NCBI GenBank assembly: GCA_036163695.1
Contig: JAYZKG010000053.1
Span: 1-60,601 of the forward strand
Source: Actinomycetota bacterium
GTDB lineage: Bacteria; Actinomycetota; Acidimicrobiia; Actinomarinales; Actinomarinaceae
DNA: 60,601 nt
Direction: 5' to 3'
Shown here: positions 37,094-50,992 of the stretch, piece after piece
How the letters are laid out: each line of letters opens with the position of its first letter
Position numbering within the stretch: the first letter of the stretch is position 1
Position numbers and translations under genes: made by a program
The notes under the pieces: generated by a model
What the model saw: only the letters and a program-made list of their open reading frames with translations
Databases searched by the model: none
What the model was told of the DNA's origin: nothing

Positions 37094-38014
37094 TTAATGG
37101 ACTTTTGTTAACCAATGAATATAGTCCTGGTTTTTACCAAGTACTATATTCATATATTCATTTCTTATCTTCTTAGTTATGTCTCCAGGTTTTCCATCCG
37201 ATATATCATTATCATCTACGCTAACAACACCTACAACCTCTGTCGCAGTTCCAGTAAAAAATAGCTCGTCAGATGCTATAAGGTCTGCTTTGGCAATGTC
37301 CTCTTCATGAACATCTAGATTCATTTCTTCTGCAATATTAATAACTGTTCTTCTAGTAATTCCATTTAGTGCTCCTGTTTCAATTGGTGGGGTTAAAATT
37401 TTACTATCTTTAACCAGAAAAAGATTCTGCCCACTCCCCTCAGCAACATTTCCAGTATCACTAAGCATTATTGCATCATCATAGCCTCTACTAACTGCGT
37501 CGACTTTTGCCAAAGTAGAGTTCATATACCCCCCTACACCTTTAGCATAAGGTTTAAAACTTTTAGGACTTATTCTTTCCCAAGGTGATAAGCATACTTT
37601 TACACCCTTTTCTTCTGCATCTCCTCCAAGATAGGCGCCCCATGACCAGGCTGATATTGCAACATGAACTGGTAACTCTTTCCCAGGTAACAATCCCATT
37701 TCGCCACTCCCAAAAAAAACTAGTGGTCGTATGTATGCATCGTTTAATTTATTCTTAAATACTATCTCCTTTGACGCTTCTAATATTTCCTCTTTCGAAA
37801 AAGGGATAGAAAGATTATAAGCTTCTGCAGAGGAGAAGAGTCTATCAATGTGATCTTCCAACCTAAAAATAGAAACCCCGATAGAAGTCTCCCTTGCTCT
37901 AATTCCTTCAAAAACTCCTGTTCCGTAATGGAGAGTGTGAGACATTACACTTATATTTGCATCGTCCCAGGCTAGATATTCACCATCCATCCAAATAAAG
38001 TCTGATTTATCCAA
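37094..38014 (-). CDS. ilvE: branched-chain amino acid aminotransferase (fold type IV)
   Basis: 306 aa. HTLHYGTGVFEGIRA, AYIRPLVF and GITRRTVI blocks. Confidence 0.9.
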   Translation of the reverse strand: MDKSDFIWMDGEYLAWDDANISVMSHTLHYGTGVFEGIRARETSIGVSIFRLEDHIDRLFSSAEAYNLSIPFSKEEILEASKEIVFKNKLNDAYIRPLVFFGSGEMGLLPGKELPVHVAISAWSWGAYLGGDAEEKGVKVCLSPWERISPKSFKPYAKGVGGYMNSTLAKVDAVSRGYDDAIMLSDTGNVAEGSGQNLFLVKDSKILTPPIETGALNGITRRTVINIAEEMNLDVHEEDIAKADLIASDELFFTGTATEVVGVVSVDDNDISDGKPGDITKKIRNEYMNIVLGKNQDYIHWLTKVH

Positions 38015-38097
38015 TTTACTCCTAAAAAATTAAATTATTTAATATGTATGTATCATAATTAGATAATTAAATTACGGAAAGTCAGTATTCTATAAGT

Positions 38098-38547
38098 GTG
38101 AAAAAATTTATTGCATCTGGATTTGGTGTAGGTTTAATCTGGGAAAAATACTTGCACAGTTACAAAGGAGGAGGCACTGTAGCCTCTGCTTTGTTTGCTT
38201 TTATTATTTATTCATTAAATCTTGAAATTTTATCCATAGCATTATTAACTGGTCTTCTCTATCTTGTATATTTTTATGTAGTGTCAGATGATGACGCCGA
38301 GGGTGATCCTAGTTGGATAACATTGGATGAGATAGTTGGTATGGGAATTGCCAGCATGTCATCAGGTTCTGATTTAATACCCTTACTTGTAAGCTTCGTA
38401 GTATTTAGAATTAGCGATATCTTTAAAGAACCCAATCTAGTTAAGGAGATGGAAAAGATTCCTGGAAAGAAAGGGGTTCTATATGATGATGTTGTTGCAG
38501 GAGTAGTTGGCTTAATTGCAGGAAGTATCGTAAGACAATTTATTTAA
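38098..38547 (+). CDS. pgpA: phosphatidylglycerophosphatase A
   Basis: 149 aa with a GTG start. GFGVGL...GGGTVASA N-terminus and DEIVGM plus ...FRISDIFKEP... are typical of PgpA. Confidence 0.75.
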   Translation: MKKFIASGFGVGLIWEKYLHSYKGGGTVASALFAFIIYSLNLEILSIALLTGLLYLVYFYVVSDDDAEGDPSWITLDEIVGMGIASMSSGSDLIPLLVSFVVFRISDIFKEPNLVKEMEKIPGKKGVLYDDVVAGVVGLIAGSIVRQFI

Positions 38548-39997
38548 TAGTTTTATTAACTATAATCTCTTTAACTATTCCTGGATTAAGAGATGAGGAA
38601 GACTGCTTCATTACTTCTCCAACTAAATAACTTATAAGCTTATCTTCTCCAGACCTAATTCTTTCAACAATTTCAGGATTATTGTCCAAAACCTTTGAAA
38701 CTAATCCTTCTATTTCTTCTTCATTGCTTTCTTGGATAAGTCCATTGCTAATAGCATATTCATTTGGACTTAAGTCTCCCTGAATCAACATAGAAAGAAC
38801 CTCTTTGCCTACCGATGAAGAAATTTTGCCCTCTTCAACTAAAGTTATCAATTCTCCTAGATTTTCCCCATTTAAATGATCAGGCTTAGACTCAATTTCT
38901 AATTTTCGTAGCTGGCCCAAAAGTTCTCCAGTAGACCAAAGATATGCACTTCTTATACTAGAAGTATTTACTAGCAACTCTTCAAACAAGGACCTGACCC
39001 ATTCTTCCGATTTAACAATATGATTAGATTCTTCTAATGAAAGGCCTAAATCTACATACCTACTTCTTCTATCTTTAGGTAATTCTGATAAAAGCTCTTC
39101 TACCCTGATAACAAAATTCTTATCTAAACACATATTTGGAATATCGGGGTCAGAAAAATATCTATAGTCTTCACTACCCTCTTTTGTTCTCATTGAGATT
39201 GTTTTCTCAACCTTTTCATCCCAATGTCTCGTTTCCTGAATAACTAATTCATTATTATCAATCAGGGAGGATTGCCTCTCTATTTCATAATTTATTGCTC
39301 TCTCCAAAGATTTAAGTGAGTTCATATTCTTTATTTCAACTTTGACTCCAAGTTCTTTTTCACCTTCTTTTGCAACAGATATGTTTGCATCAAACCTAAG
39401 GTTACCTAACTCCAATTTTCCATGAGAAATGCCAATATCAATCACAAGTTGTCTTAATTCTTCTATATACGCCACTGCTTCTTTTGCATTACTAATAACA
39501 GGCTTTGTGACAATTTCAACTAACGGAACTCCTGATCTGTTGAAATCAAGTAATGTGTACTCGGCTGCATCTATCCTTCCTCCCGAGTGAATACTTTTTC
39601 CAGTGTCCTCTTCCATATGAACTCTCTCTATCTCAACGTCTGATAGCTCACCACCAGAAAATATCTCCAAAGCTCCCTCTGTTCCTACAGGAAAATCAAA
39701 TTGAGATATCTGATAGTTTTTTGGTAAATCAGGGTAAAAATAATTTTTTCTATGGAACATCCCCTTTTCAGTTATCGTACAACCTAAACTAAGACTCAGT
39801 AGAGTAATCATTTCGATTGCTTTCTTATTGGGAACTGGGAGAGCGCCGGGTAAACCCAAACAGGTTGGGCAAAGGTATTGATTTGGATTAGATGAGTATT
39901 CTACCTTGCAAGAGCAAAACATTTTTGAATCAGTATTCAATTCAACATGAGTCTCCATTCCTATAGTAGGGATAGTATTCACGGTTCTCTCCTCCAC
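38540..39997 (-). CDS. gatB: Asp/Glu-tRNA amidotransferase subunit B
   Basis: 485 aa with a GTG start. IGMETHVELNT, CPTCLGLPGALP and YFYPDLPKNYQISQ blocks. Confidence 0.93.
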   Translation of the reverse strand: MEERTVNTIPTIGMETHVELNTDSKMFCSCKVEYSSNPNQYLCPTCLGLPGALPVPNKKAIEMITLLSLSLGCTITEKGMFHRKNYFYPDLPKNYQISQFDFPVGTEGALEIFSGGELSDVEIERVHMEEDTGKSIHSGGRIDAAEYTLLDFNRSGVPLVEIVTKPVISNAKEAVAYIEELRQLVIDIGISHGKLELGNLRFDANISVAKEGEKELGVKVEIKNMNSLKSLERAINYEIERQSSLIDNNELVIQETRHWDEKVEKTISMRTKEGSEDYRYFSDPDIPNMCLDKNFVIRVEELLSELPKDRRSRYVDLGLSLEESNHIVKSEEWVRSLFEELLVNTSSIRSAYLWSTGELLGQLRKLEIESKPDHLNGENLGELITLVEEGKISSSVGKEVLSMLIQGDLSPNEYAISNGLIQESNEEEIEGLVSKVLDNNPEIVERIRSGEDKLISYLVGEVMKQSSSSLNPGIVKEIIVNKTIK

Positions 39998-41439
39998 TTA
40001 GTTGGTGTATCTTTGAAAGAAATTAATTTTTCTACATATGAAGAAAAATTAAGCAATGATATATCCGTTAGTTCAGGGCTCATAAATTGTACAGAATATG
40101 GCATACCTTCTTTATCTAAGCCTGTAGGTATGGAGATAGCAGGTACCCCAGCTAGATTAGCTGGGATAGTACATAAATCTGACATATACATCTCTAAGGG
40201 ATTACTAGTTTTTTCACCAAATTTAAAAGCTGTACTCGGCGTAGTGGGAGATATCAAATAATCAACCTTGCTAAAAACATCCTTAAATTCAGTTACAACT
40301 TGATTCCTGGCTTTAAGAGCCTGGCCGTAATAAGCATCATAGTACCCAGCTGAAAGAGCATAGGTCCCTAAAAGTATTCTTCTCTTTACTTCATCCCCAA
40401 AACCTTCTGCTCTCGTTTTTTCAGTCATCTCATAGCTTGTTTTCCCATCAATCCTCAAACCATATCTAACACCATCAAATCTAGCTAAATTAGCAGAACA
40501 TTCAGCAGGGGCAATTAGATAGTAAATACTTATTGCCATTTTTGTCATTGGAAGAGAGACCTCTATAATCTCATGCCCCTGTTTTTCAAGAAGTCTAATT
40601 ACTTTTTCTACTTCGGACTTAACATCATCTGCTATTCCATCTTCCATTAATTCTTTTACAATCCCTACTTTTGCCGATTTATCTTCAGGAAGTTTTCTCT
40701 GTTTAAGTTTGAGAGATGTAGCATCTCTCGTATCATAGCCAGATATAGCTTCATATATAATTTTTGTATCTTCAGCAGTTTTTGCAAAAGGTCCTATCTG
40801 ATCTAAAGATGAAGCAAAGGCAATTAGGCCGTATCGAGACACAGTTCCGTAAGTAGGCTTAAACCCAACTACGCCACAAAAAGAAGCAGGTTGCCTAATT
40901 GAGCCACCTGTATCGCTTCCTAATGAGCCAAGTGCCGTTCCTACTGAGACAGCAGCTGCAGAGCCACCGGATGATCCTCCAGGTACATAGTCGGGATCCC
41001 AAGGGTTTCTTGAAGGACCATATGCCGAATTTTCAGTTGAAGAGCCCATAGCAAACTCATCAAGATTTGTTTTTCCAATAAAGACTGATCCTTTATCTTT
41101 CAATTTACTTATAACTGTTGCATCGTATGGAGAAATATAGTTTGCAAGTATTTTTGAAGAACAAGTTGTTCCATAACCTTTAAGATTCATATTATCCTTA
41201 ACTGATATAGGAATTCCATCTAATTCTCCTAACATTTCTCCTTTCAATATTCGTTTGTCAGTTTCTTTTGCATTAGCTAAAGCCTCATCTTGCATAAGGA
41301 GAAGGTGTGCATGTAAAACAGATTCCGAATTAGCTGCTACATTAAACGATTCCTCTATCAACTCAAGTGCAGTAAAGCTTTTGTTCTTTAAGCCCTCATG
41401 TGCTTCTTTTATTGTCAAATTATTATAATCAACCATCAT
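39979..41439 (-). CDS. gatA: Asp/Glu-tRNA amidotransferase subunit A
   Basis: 486 aa. Amidase signature GGSSGGSAAAV...GSDTGGSIRQPA. A 19-nt overlap with gatB. Confidence 0.93.
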   Translation of the reverse strand: MMVDYNNLTIKEAHEGLKNKSFTALELIEESFNVAANSESVLHAHLLLMQDEALANAKETDKRILKGEMLGELDGIPISVKDNMNLKGYGTTCSSKILANYISPYDATVISKLKDKGSVFIGKTNLDEFAMGSSTENSAYGPSRNPWDPDYVPGGSSGGSAAAVSVGTALGSLGSDTGGSIRQPASFCGVVGFKPTYGTVSRYGLIAFASSLDQIGPFAKTAEDTKIIYEAISGYDTRDATSLKLKQRKLPEDKSAKVGIVKELMEDGIADDVKSEVEKVIRLLEKQGHEIIEVSLPMTKMAISIYYLIAPAECSANLARFDGVRYGLRIDGKTSYEMTEKTRAEGFGDEVKRRILLGTYALSAGYYDAYYGQALKARNQVVTEFKDVFSKVDYLISPTTPSTAFKFGEKTSNPLEMYMSDLCTIPANLAGVPAISIPTGLDKEGMPYSVQFMSPELTDISLLNFSSYVEKLISFKDTPTKWRREP

Positions 41440-41724
41440 CTAATCCATGGATGGCGGAACTTGGAAAAATCCGTCCTTATCATCAGGAGCATTCTTCATT
41501 GACTCTTCATGACTCAGTCCTTCTTCAGCTGTATCCTCTCTCAGCTCTAGTTCTATACCAAGGGGGTGGATTGTAAGGTTAGAGTCGTCGATAGATAAAC
41601 TGCTTAAAGCATCGACGTGCTCAAGGATGATTCTTAAATCTTTACTCAATTTACTCTGCTCTTCTGAATTGAGTTCAATTAATGCAAGTTTGGCAATTTC
41701 TTGTATATTAAAATCTTTTGACAT
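41440..41724 (-). CDS. gatC: Asp/Glu-tRNA amidotransferase subunit C
   Basis: 94 aa. Position, size and LALIELNSEE...L...ILEHVD pattern fit gatC. It directly abuts gatA. Confidence 0.85.
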   Translation of the reverse strand: MSKDFNIQEIAKLALIELNSEEQSKLSKDLRIILEHVDALSSLSIDDSNLTIHPLGIELELREDTAEEGLSHEESMKNAPDDKDGFFQVPPSMD

Positions 41725-42770
41725 TAGTCAACCCCTTTTTGAATATATTTCTTGATTAATTCATAACAATCTTCAATATCAGAAAGAGGTATCTTTTCAT
41801 CTGCTTTATGAGCAAGCTCAGGATTCCCAGGACCGAAATTAATTGCAGGAACCCCTTCAGAAGTGAATCTAGCAACATCAGTCCATGCTTGCTTTGGCTC
41901 AACTTTCGTACCCGTTAAGTCAATAAATTTTTGAACATTGTCATCGTTCTTATGAGGGTATGCTGATTCAGCAATGTCAGTAATTGTTAATTCACCAACA
42001 TTTGATAGTAAATGCTTTAATTTTGTAACTGCTTCGTCATTTGTCTTGTCAGGAGAGAACCTATAATTTATATTTAATACAACTTCCCCAGGAATTACAT
42101 TTTTTGCATTTCCTCCAGAAATCGTTGTAGCACTTATAACTTCTCTATATTCAAGTTCATCGACCAAGATTGGTTCTGGGGTAAGTTCATTTAACTTCTC
42201 AAGTACAGGTATGGACTTGTATATTGCATTATGTCCTAACCATGGCCTTGCGGAATGTGCCTCTTCTCCAATTATCCTCAACGTAGCATTTACAACGCCT
42301 TGACATCCTAACTCAACATTATTATTGGTTGGCTCAAAGATGACACCGAAAGAAATATTAAATTTACTATTTAATTCTGGGAACAGAGTTTCTAAACCAT
42401 TATGTTCTTTGAGCCCTTCTTCTCCTTTATAAAATACTCCGATAATGTTTTTTTCTTGAAAATTAATCAAAGATTCGATCATTACAGCTATCCCACTTTT
42501 CATATCTACAGTTCCTCGTCCATAAAGAATATCTGATTCATCTAAACTAACTTGGTTAGTAGATATAGGAACCGTATCTACATGGCCTACAAAAGCTATC
42601 ACTGAACTTTCATCATTGTCTCCAGCAACTAGCCCACCTTCATATAAACTTATATTCTTCGAATAGCCTGAATTCTTTAAGTAGTCTTTGATGTATTCAA
42701 GAATGGCATCTTCGTTTCCAGTAACTGAATCTATGGATATTAAATCTCTAGTTAAATTACCCAGACTCAA
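41724..42770 (-). CDS. dapE: succinyl-diaminopimelate desuccinylase (M20 family)
   Basis: 348 aa. GHVDTVP, GRGTVDMKSG and EEG metal-ligand blocks. It is adjacent to and overlaps dapD. Confidence 0.8.
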   Translation of the reverse strand: MSLGNLTRDLISIDSVTGNEDAILEYIKDYLKNSGYSKNISLYEGGLVAGDNDESSVIAFVGHVDTVPISTNQVSLDESDILYGRGTVDMKSGIAVMIESLINFQEKNIIGVFYKGEEGLKEHNGLETLFPELNSKFNISFGVIFEPTNNNVELGCQGVVNATLRIIGEEAHSARPWLGHNAIYKSIPVLEKLNELTPEPILVDELEYREVISATTISGGNAKNVIPGEVVLNINYRFSPDKTNDEAVTKLKHLLSNVGELTITDIAESAYPHKNDDNVQKFIDLTGTKVEPKQAWTDVARFTSEGVPAINFGPGNPELAHKADEKIPLSDIEDCYELIKKYIQKGVD

Positions 42771-43603
42771 ACTTGTACCTCAAATGTTCTCAACACATCA
42801 TTAAGAGAAGTTTTCTTATTAGTTGATTCTTTTCTCTTCCCGATGATTAATGCGCAAGTTGTTTGAAAAGTTCCTGAAGGAAATTCTTTTGGCCTTGTCC
42901 CAGAAATAACTACTGAATTTTCTGGTACTACCCCTTTGTACTCTACTGGCTCAGCTCCAGTTACATCAATAATAGGAGTGCTTGAAGTAAGTGTGACGTT
43001 TGCACCTAAAACTGCACCTTGACAAACCCTAACTCCCTCAACAATAATGCATCTTGATCCAATAAATGCATTGTCCTCTATAATCACTGGCATTGCAGAT
43101 GGGGGCTCTAGAACTCCGCCTATTCCAACTCCTCCAGATATGTGTACATTTTTTCCTACTTGAGCACAAGACCCTACAGTTGCCCAAGTGTCTATCATCG
43201 TTCCTGAACCAACATAAGCTCCTATGTTTACATACCCAGGCATAATAATTACACCTGGTTCACAATAGGCCCCGTATCTTACAACTCCAGGAGGCACAAC
43301 TCTGATACCTGACTCCTCATAATTATTTTTTGTATCAATTTTGTCAAAATATACAATATCTCCTGATTCAATTGGTTTTAATTTTTTTATTTTGAAATAC
43401 ATCGAAATAGATTTCTTAATCCATTCATTAACTGTCCAACCATCCCCGGTAGGTTGAGCAACTCTAATTGACCCCTTGTCTAAAGCATGAATTACTTCTT
43501 CTACTGACTTTTCTTGCTCCATAGACAAATCTGAAGACTCGTCTATTTCTTCAATTTTTTCTTTTATTTCTTCAATATTCACTTTGGCCTCTATCATTAT
43601 CAA
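42767..43603 (-). CDS. dapD: 2,3,4,5-tetrahydropyridine-2,6-dicarboxylate N-succinyltransferase
   Basis: Near-colinear match to E. coli DapD as I remember it: MPGYVNIGAYVGSGTMIDTWATVGSCAQVGKNVHISGGVGIGGVLEPP. The likely true start is ATG at 43597; the track's form starts at TTG 43603. Confidence 0.92.
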   Translation of the reverse strand: MIMIEAKVNIEEIKEKIEEIDESSDLSMEQEKSVEEVIHALDKGSIRVAQPTGDGWTVNEWIKKSISMYFKIKKLKPIESGDIVYFDKIDTKNNYEESGIRVVPPGVVRYGAYCEPGVIIMPGYVNIGAYVGSGTMIDTWATVGSCAQVGKNVHISGGVGIGGVLEPPSAMPVIIEDNAFIGSRCIIVEGVRVCQGAVLGANVTLTSSTPIIDVTGAEPVEYKGVVPENSVVISGTRPKEFPSGTFQTTCALIIGKRKESTNKKTSLNDVLRTFEVQV

Positions 43604-43620
43604 GGATAATATCTAAATAT

Positions 43621-47168
<3,548 letters not shown>

Positions 47169-47172
<4 letters not shown>

Positions 47173-48305
47173 TTAAGGCCCTTTATTGTATTTATTATTT
47201 TACCTGCTGCTCTTGCTCCATCTCCAACTTTTGTTGTCCAGCCAAAGCTTATTCTTAAATGGCTATTCAGATCTTTCTTATCAATCTTCATTGCTTCTAG
47301 AACATGTGATGGTTTTTGTGCACCACTAGAGCATGCGGAACCTCTTGAAACACCCACACCATCTAAATCTAACAAAACTAATAAATTTTCTGAATTAACC
47401 CCTCTGATTTGGATATTTGAGATATGTGGCAACCTCTCCTCTTCTAATCCAATCACACTTATTTTTATATTTTCGGAAATTAACTCCTCGAATGTATTTT
47501 TCTCATTCTTGATAAGGCCAACTTCTTCATCAAATCTATCTTGATGTTCTTTCACTGCTGCGGCAAAACCTGCAACTCCAACTACATTTACAGTACCTGC
47601 TCTTCTTTCAAGTTCTTGTTTCCCACCATGCAAATAGCTTTCAATTTTATATTTATTATGTAAGAACATAAATCCTATACCTTTTGGTCCTCCAATTTTA
47701 TGTGCTGACATAGCAGCGCTAGTAATACCATGTTTGTGGAAATCGATCTTTGTAGACACAAAACCTTGAACAATATCAGAATGAAAAATTAACTTTTTAT
47801 TCCCTTTAACTGCTTTCCCTATATCGCTTACGGGTTGTAAAACCCCTGTTTCATTATTGGCCCACATCAGAGATGCTACAGTTGTTGTTTCTCTTATACT
47901 TTGTATAAACTCTGAAGACTCAACCTTTCCAGCGATATTTGGGTTTACAAAAGATACCTTATATCCTCTATTTTCAACCCATTTTGCTGACTCAATAACA
48001 GCTTCGTGCTCTATTGAGCTTACTACTAAGTCTTGAGATGTTGGAAAAGAAGACTGGAAAGGTGACTTGATTGACCAATTGTCAGACTCTGTTCCACTGC
48101 TAGTGAAAACTATCTCTTCGGGAGCAGCACCTACACTAGCTGCTATAACCTCTCTTGATTCTTCGACTATATTTTTTGCTTTCCTTGAAATCTTATGGCT
48201 TCCTGAAGGGTTCCCGTAACCGACCTCTTCAGCATTCCTCATTGCAGACCAAATAGACTCCCTCATAGGAGAAGTCGCAGCATGGTCTAAATATAAATAA
48301 TCCAT
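47169..48305 (-). CDS. cysteine desulfurase (NifS/IscS-type)
   Basis: 378 aa. PLP-lysine block SAHKIGGPKGIGFMFL and catalytic Cys loop RGSACSSG. Confidence 0.9.
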
Positions 48306-48332
48306 AATAAATTATCTATTACTTATATTACT

Positions 48333-48794
48333 TTGAAGGTAATCTTGTATAACAGTATGGCTAAATCAATTGAGGTTGAAATCGAAATTAATGCACCTAT
48401 TGAGCTAGTTTGGGAGGAAATATCAAATATATCCAACCATACTAGCTGGATGAATGATGCAGAAAGTATAGAGTTTTTAGGGCAGCAGAAAGAAGGGGTT
48501 GGAACAAAAATTTTAGTTTTAACAAAAATAGGTCCCATAAAATTAAACGATTTGATGACATTCACCAAGTGGGAAAAGAATACTGAAATAGAGGTTGAGC
48601 ATAAAGGAATAGTCACTGGGAAGGGTTCATTCCATTTAGAACCTCTTGACAACAAAACAACTAAATTTTCATGGAGAGAAACTCTGAAATTTCCTATTAT
48701 ATTAGGAGGGGCTATTGGGGAAATTGTTGGTAGCTATATATTAGAAAGAATATGGAAAAAGAATATAACAAACCTAAAAAAAATAATAGAATAA
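48333..48794 (+). CDS. SRPBCC (START/polyketide-cyclase-like) family protein
   Basis: 153 aa. VEIEINAPIELVWEEISNISNHTSWM is the typical SRPBCC N-terminus. An alternative start is ATG at 48357. Confidence 0.7.
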   Translation: MKVILYNSMAKSIEVEIEINAPIELVWEEISNISNHTSWMNDAESIEFLGQQKEGVGTKILVLTKIGPIKLNDLMTFTKWEKNTEIEVEHKGIVTGKGSFHLEPLDNKTTKFSWRETLKFPIILGGAIGEIVGSYILERIWKKNITNLKKIIE

Positions 48795-49423
48795 TCACAA
48801 TATTAATTCTTTTGTTGTCAGTTATTCTTATTTCTTGCACGTCTGGTGAAACTGTCAATCCTGCGGAAACAGTTGCTGAAAATAAAGATGTAAAATTTGA
48901 TTATGAAAAAGGAATAGGAAAGAATACAGATCACTTTATTCTTAACTGGAACAAATTAGTAAGCGAAGTTTCAACAAATGAAGAAACTATAGCATTCTTC
49001 TCCCTTAACCCAAATAAATTAAGATGGATGGATTGGAAAAGGGACACGCTGGTTTACCAATTTGGAAACGATGAGACAGCTTTGTCTGGATTTACTCTAA
49101 ATCTTAATATCAATCCTGAAACAGAGATTGTCTATGGTATAGAATTTTTTGCACCTGCAACAAAAGACAGTATCGTTGCTGAACAGACAAAATTCTTCTT
49201 TTTACTACTAGTAGCGATATCAGATCCTGAACTAGACAGAGACGGCAGAGAGTCCGTACTTTCAAATTTAGGACTCTATGAAAGTGTTGATACTCCAGAA
49301 CTAATGTCTGGAAGCCTAACAAAAAACAATATCAACTATCAACTTGAACCACTGGTTGATAACAACCTACTTATTGGAATAACTTTATTTGTTACTGATA
49401 AAAGCTCTACAACCCCTAGTTAG
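48752..49423 (+). CDS. hypothetical lipoprotein
   Basis: 223 aa. Lipobox LLLSVILISC after a basic n-region. No family recognised. The start lies 43 nt inside the preceding gene. Confidence 0.55.
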   Translation: MEKEYNKPKKNNRIITILILLLSVILISCTSGETVNPAETVAENKDVKFDYEKGIGKNTDHFILNWNKLVSEVSTNEETIAFFSLNPNKLRWMDWKRDTLVYQFGNDETALSGFTLNLNINPETEIVYGIEFFAPATKDSIVAEQTKFFFLLLVAISDPELDRDGRESVLSNLGLYESVDTPELMSGSLTKNNINYQLEPLVDNNLLIGITLFVTDKSSTTPS

Positions 49424-49701
49424 GTTGCAATAACTTCAGTAACTCCTGGGACTTTCTCTTTAATTATTCTCTCAATGCCGCTTTTTAATGTTGCAATAGA
49501 GAGAGGACATCCTTGACAGGCACCGAGCATGTCAATATTGACAACTCCATCTTCAACTTTAGACAATTTAATATCCCCGCCATCTGCTTGTACTGCAGGT
49601 CTAATATACTCTATAGTTTCATTTAGTCTATCGAGATCGATATCTTGTATAGGACCTCTCTCTTTGGAGGTAGGAAAAGATATGTTATTGTTTTCGTTCA
49701 T
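49420..49701 (-). CDS. NifU-like (Nfu C-terminal domain) Fe-S cluster protein
   Basis: 93 aa. IRPAVQADGGDIKL...VNIDMLGACQGCPLS (CxxC). Confidence 0.8.
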   Translation of the reverse strand: MNENNNISFPTSKERGPIQDIDLDRLNETIEYIRPAVQADGGDIKLSKVEDGVVNIDMLGACQGCPLSIATLKSGIERIIKEKVPGVTEVIAT

Positions 49702-49704
49702 GGA

Positions 49705-50955
49705 TTAATTATATTCTAACTTTGCACCTAATTCACTAAAAGAATGCACTATATCCTCATATCCTCTCTCTATATGAGAAATACCATCAATTTCAGAATT
49801 TCCATCGGCACTAAGAGAGGCGATTAGTAAGGCTGCTCCAGTTCTAATATCTGGACATACAACTGGTGCTCCGGACAACTCTTCAACACCTTTAATGACA
49901 GCATGTTGCCATCCTATTTGAACATTTGCTCCCATCCTTAATACCTCTGGAACCCATTGAAATCTTTGATCATAAACATTTTCTGTAATAATAGAAGTTC
50001 CAGATGATTTTAATAGTGCAGCACTGAACATAGGTTGTAAATCTGTAGCTACTCCTGGGAAAGGCAATGTAGATATATCAATCCCCTTAGGAGGGGTGTC
50101 AGATGTAAGTGATATGCTATCCTCAGTAGTTGAAATCCTCATCCCCATCTCTGCCATCTTCTTAATTTCCATATCTAAATGTAGAGGATCGATTCCTTTA
50201 ACAAGGACAGTGCCCCCCACAGCTGCTGTAGCTAGTAGGTAGGTTCCTGCTACTATCCTATCTCCAATTATTGAATGATCTGTTGAATGTAATGAGTCTA
50301 CCCCGTTAACGATAATCTCACTAGTTCCTTCTCCTTCAATGTCCGCACCCATACTTCTTAACATTAAAACTAAATCAGTTACCTCAGGTTCTCTTGCTGC
50401 ATTTTCAATTACAGTTCTACCGTTTGCTAATACACCAGCAAGTATTGTGTTCTCTGTAGCTCCAACGGATGCATATGGAAGATTGATTTCAACTCCCTGC
50501 AGTTCTCTTGCCTCACCAATTAGAACTCCGTGTTCTAGAGAAAATGTAGCACCCATTTTTTCTAGTGCATCTAAGTGCATCTGCACTGGTCTAGGTCCTA
50601 AATTATCACCGCCTGGGAATGCGATTCTTACTTTTCCTTCTCTAGCTAAAAGAGGGCCGAGAATAATGATTGATGCTCTCATTTTCTTTACCAAATCATA
50701 CGGCGCTTCTATATTTAGCCTTTTTGGAGTCTTGATTAGCAAATCTTTGTCTGAAAATGAAATATCTAAACCTAGATGGGACAACACCTCAGACATGTAA
50801 TGAACATCTTTTATATTTGGTGCATTGGAAAGAGTATACTCACCAGGAGCTAGCAAACAAGCCACCATCTCCTTTAATACAGCATTTTTTGCACCAGGCA
50901 CAACAGCCTCTCCATTTAGCTGAGAACCACCCTGAACTTGTATTGATTTTTCCAC
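49705..50955 (-). CDS. murA: UDP-N-acetylglucosamine 1-carboxyvinyltransferase
   Basis: 416 aa with a GTG start. VPGAKNAVL and the ...FPGGDNLGPRPV loop (Asp in place of the usual Cys, as in some Actinomycetota). Overall MurA colinearity. Confidence 0.92.
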   Translation of the reverse strand: MEKSIQVQGGSQLNGEAVVPGAKNAVLKEMVACLLAPGEYTLSNAPNIKDVHYMSEVLSHLGLDISFSDKDLLIKTPKRLNIEAPYDLVKKMRASIIILGPLLAREGKVRIAFPGGDNLGPRPVQMHLDALEKMGATFSLEHGVLIGEARELQGVEINLPYASVGATENTILAGVLANGRTVIENAAREPEVTDLVLMLRSMGADIEGEGTSEIIVNGVDSLHSTDHSIIGDRIVAGTYLLATAAVGGTVLVKGIDPLHLDMEIKKMAEMGMRISTTEDSISLTSDTPPKGIDISTLPFPGVATDLQPMFSAALLKSSGTSIITENVYDQRFQWVPEVLRMGANVQIGWQHAVIKGVEELSGAPVVCPDIRTGAALLIASLSADGNSEIDGISHIERGYEDIVHSFSELGAKLEYN

Positions 50956-50992
50956 TATGATGATAATACTTAATTGTTTGATAGGAACAAGT

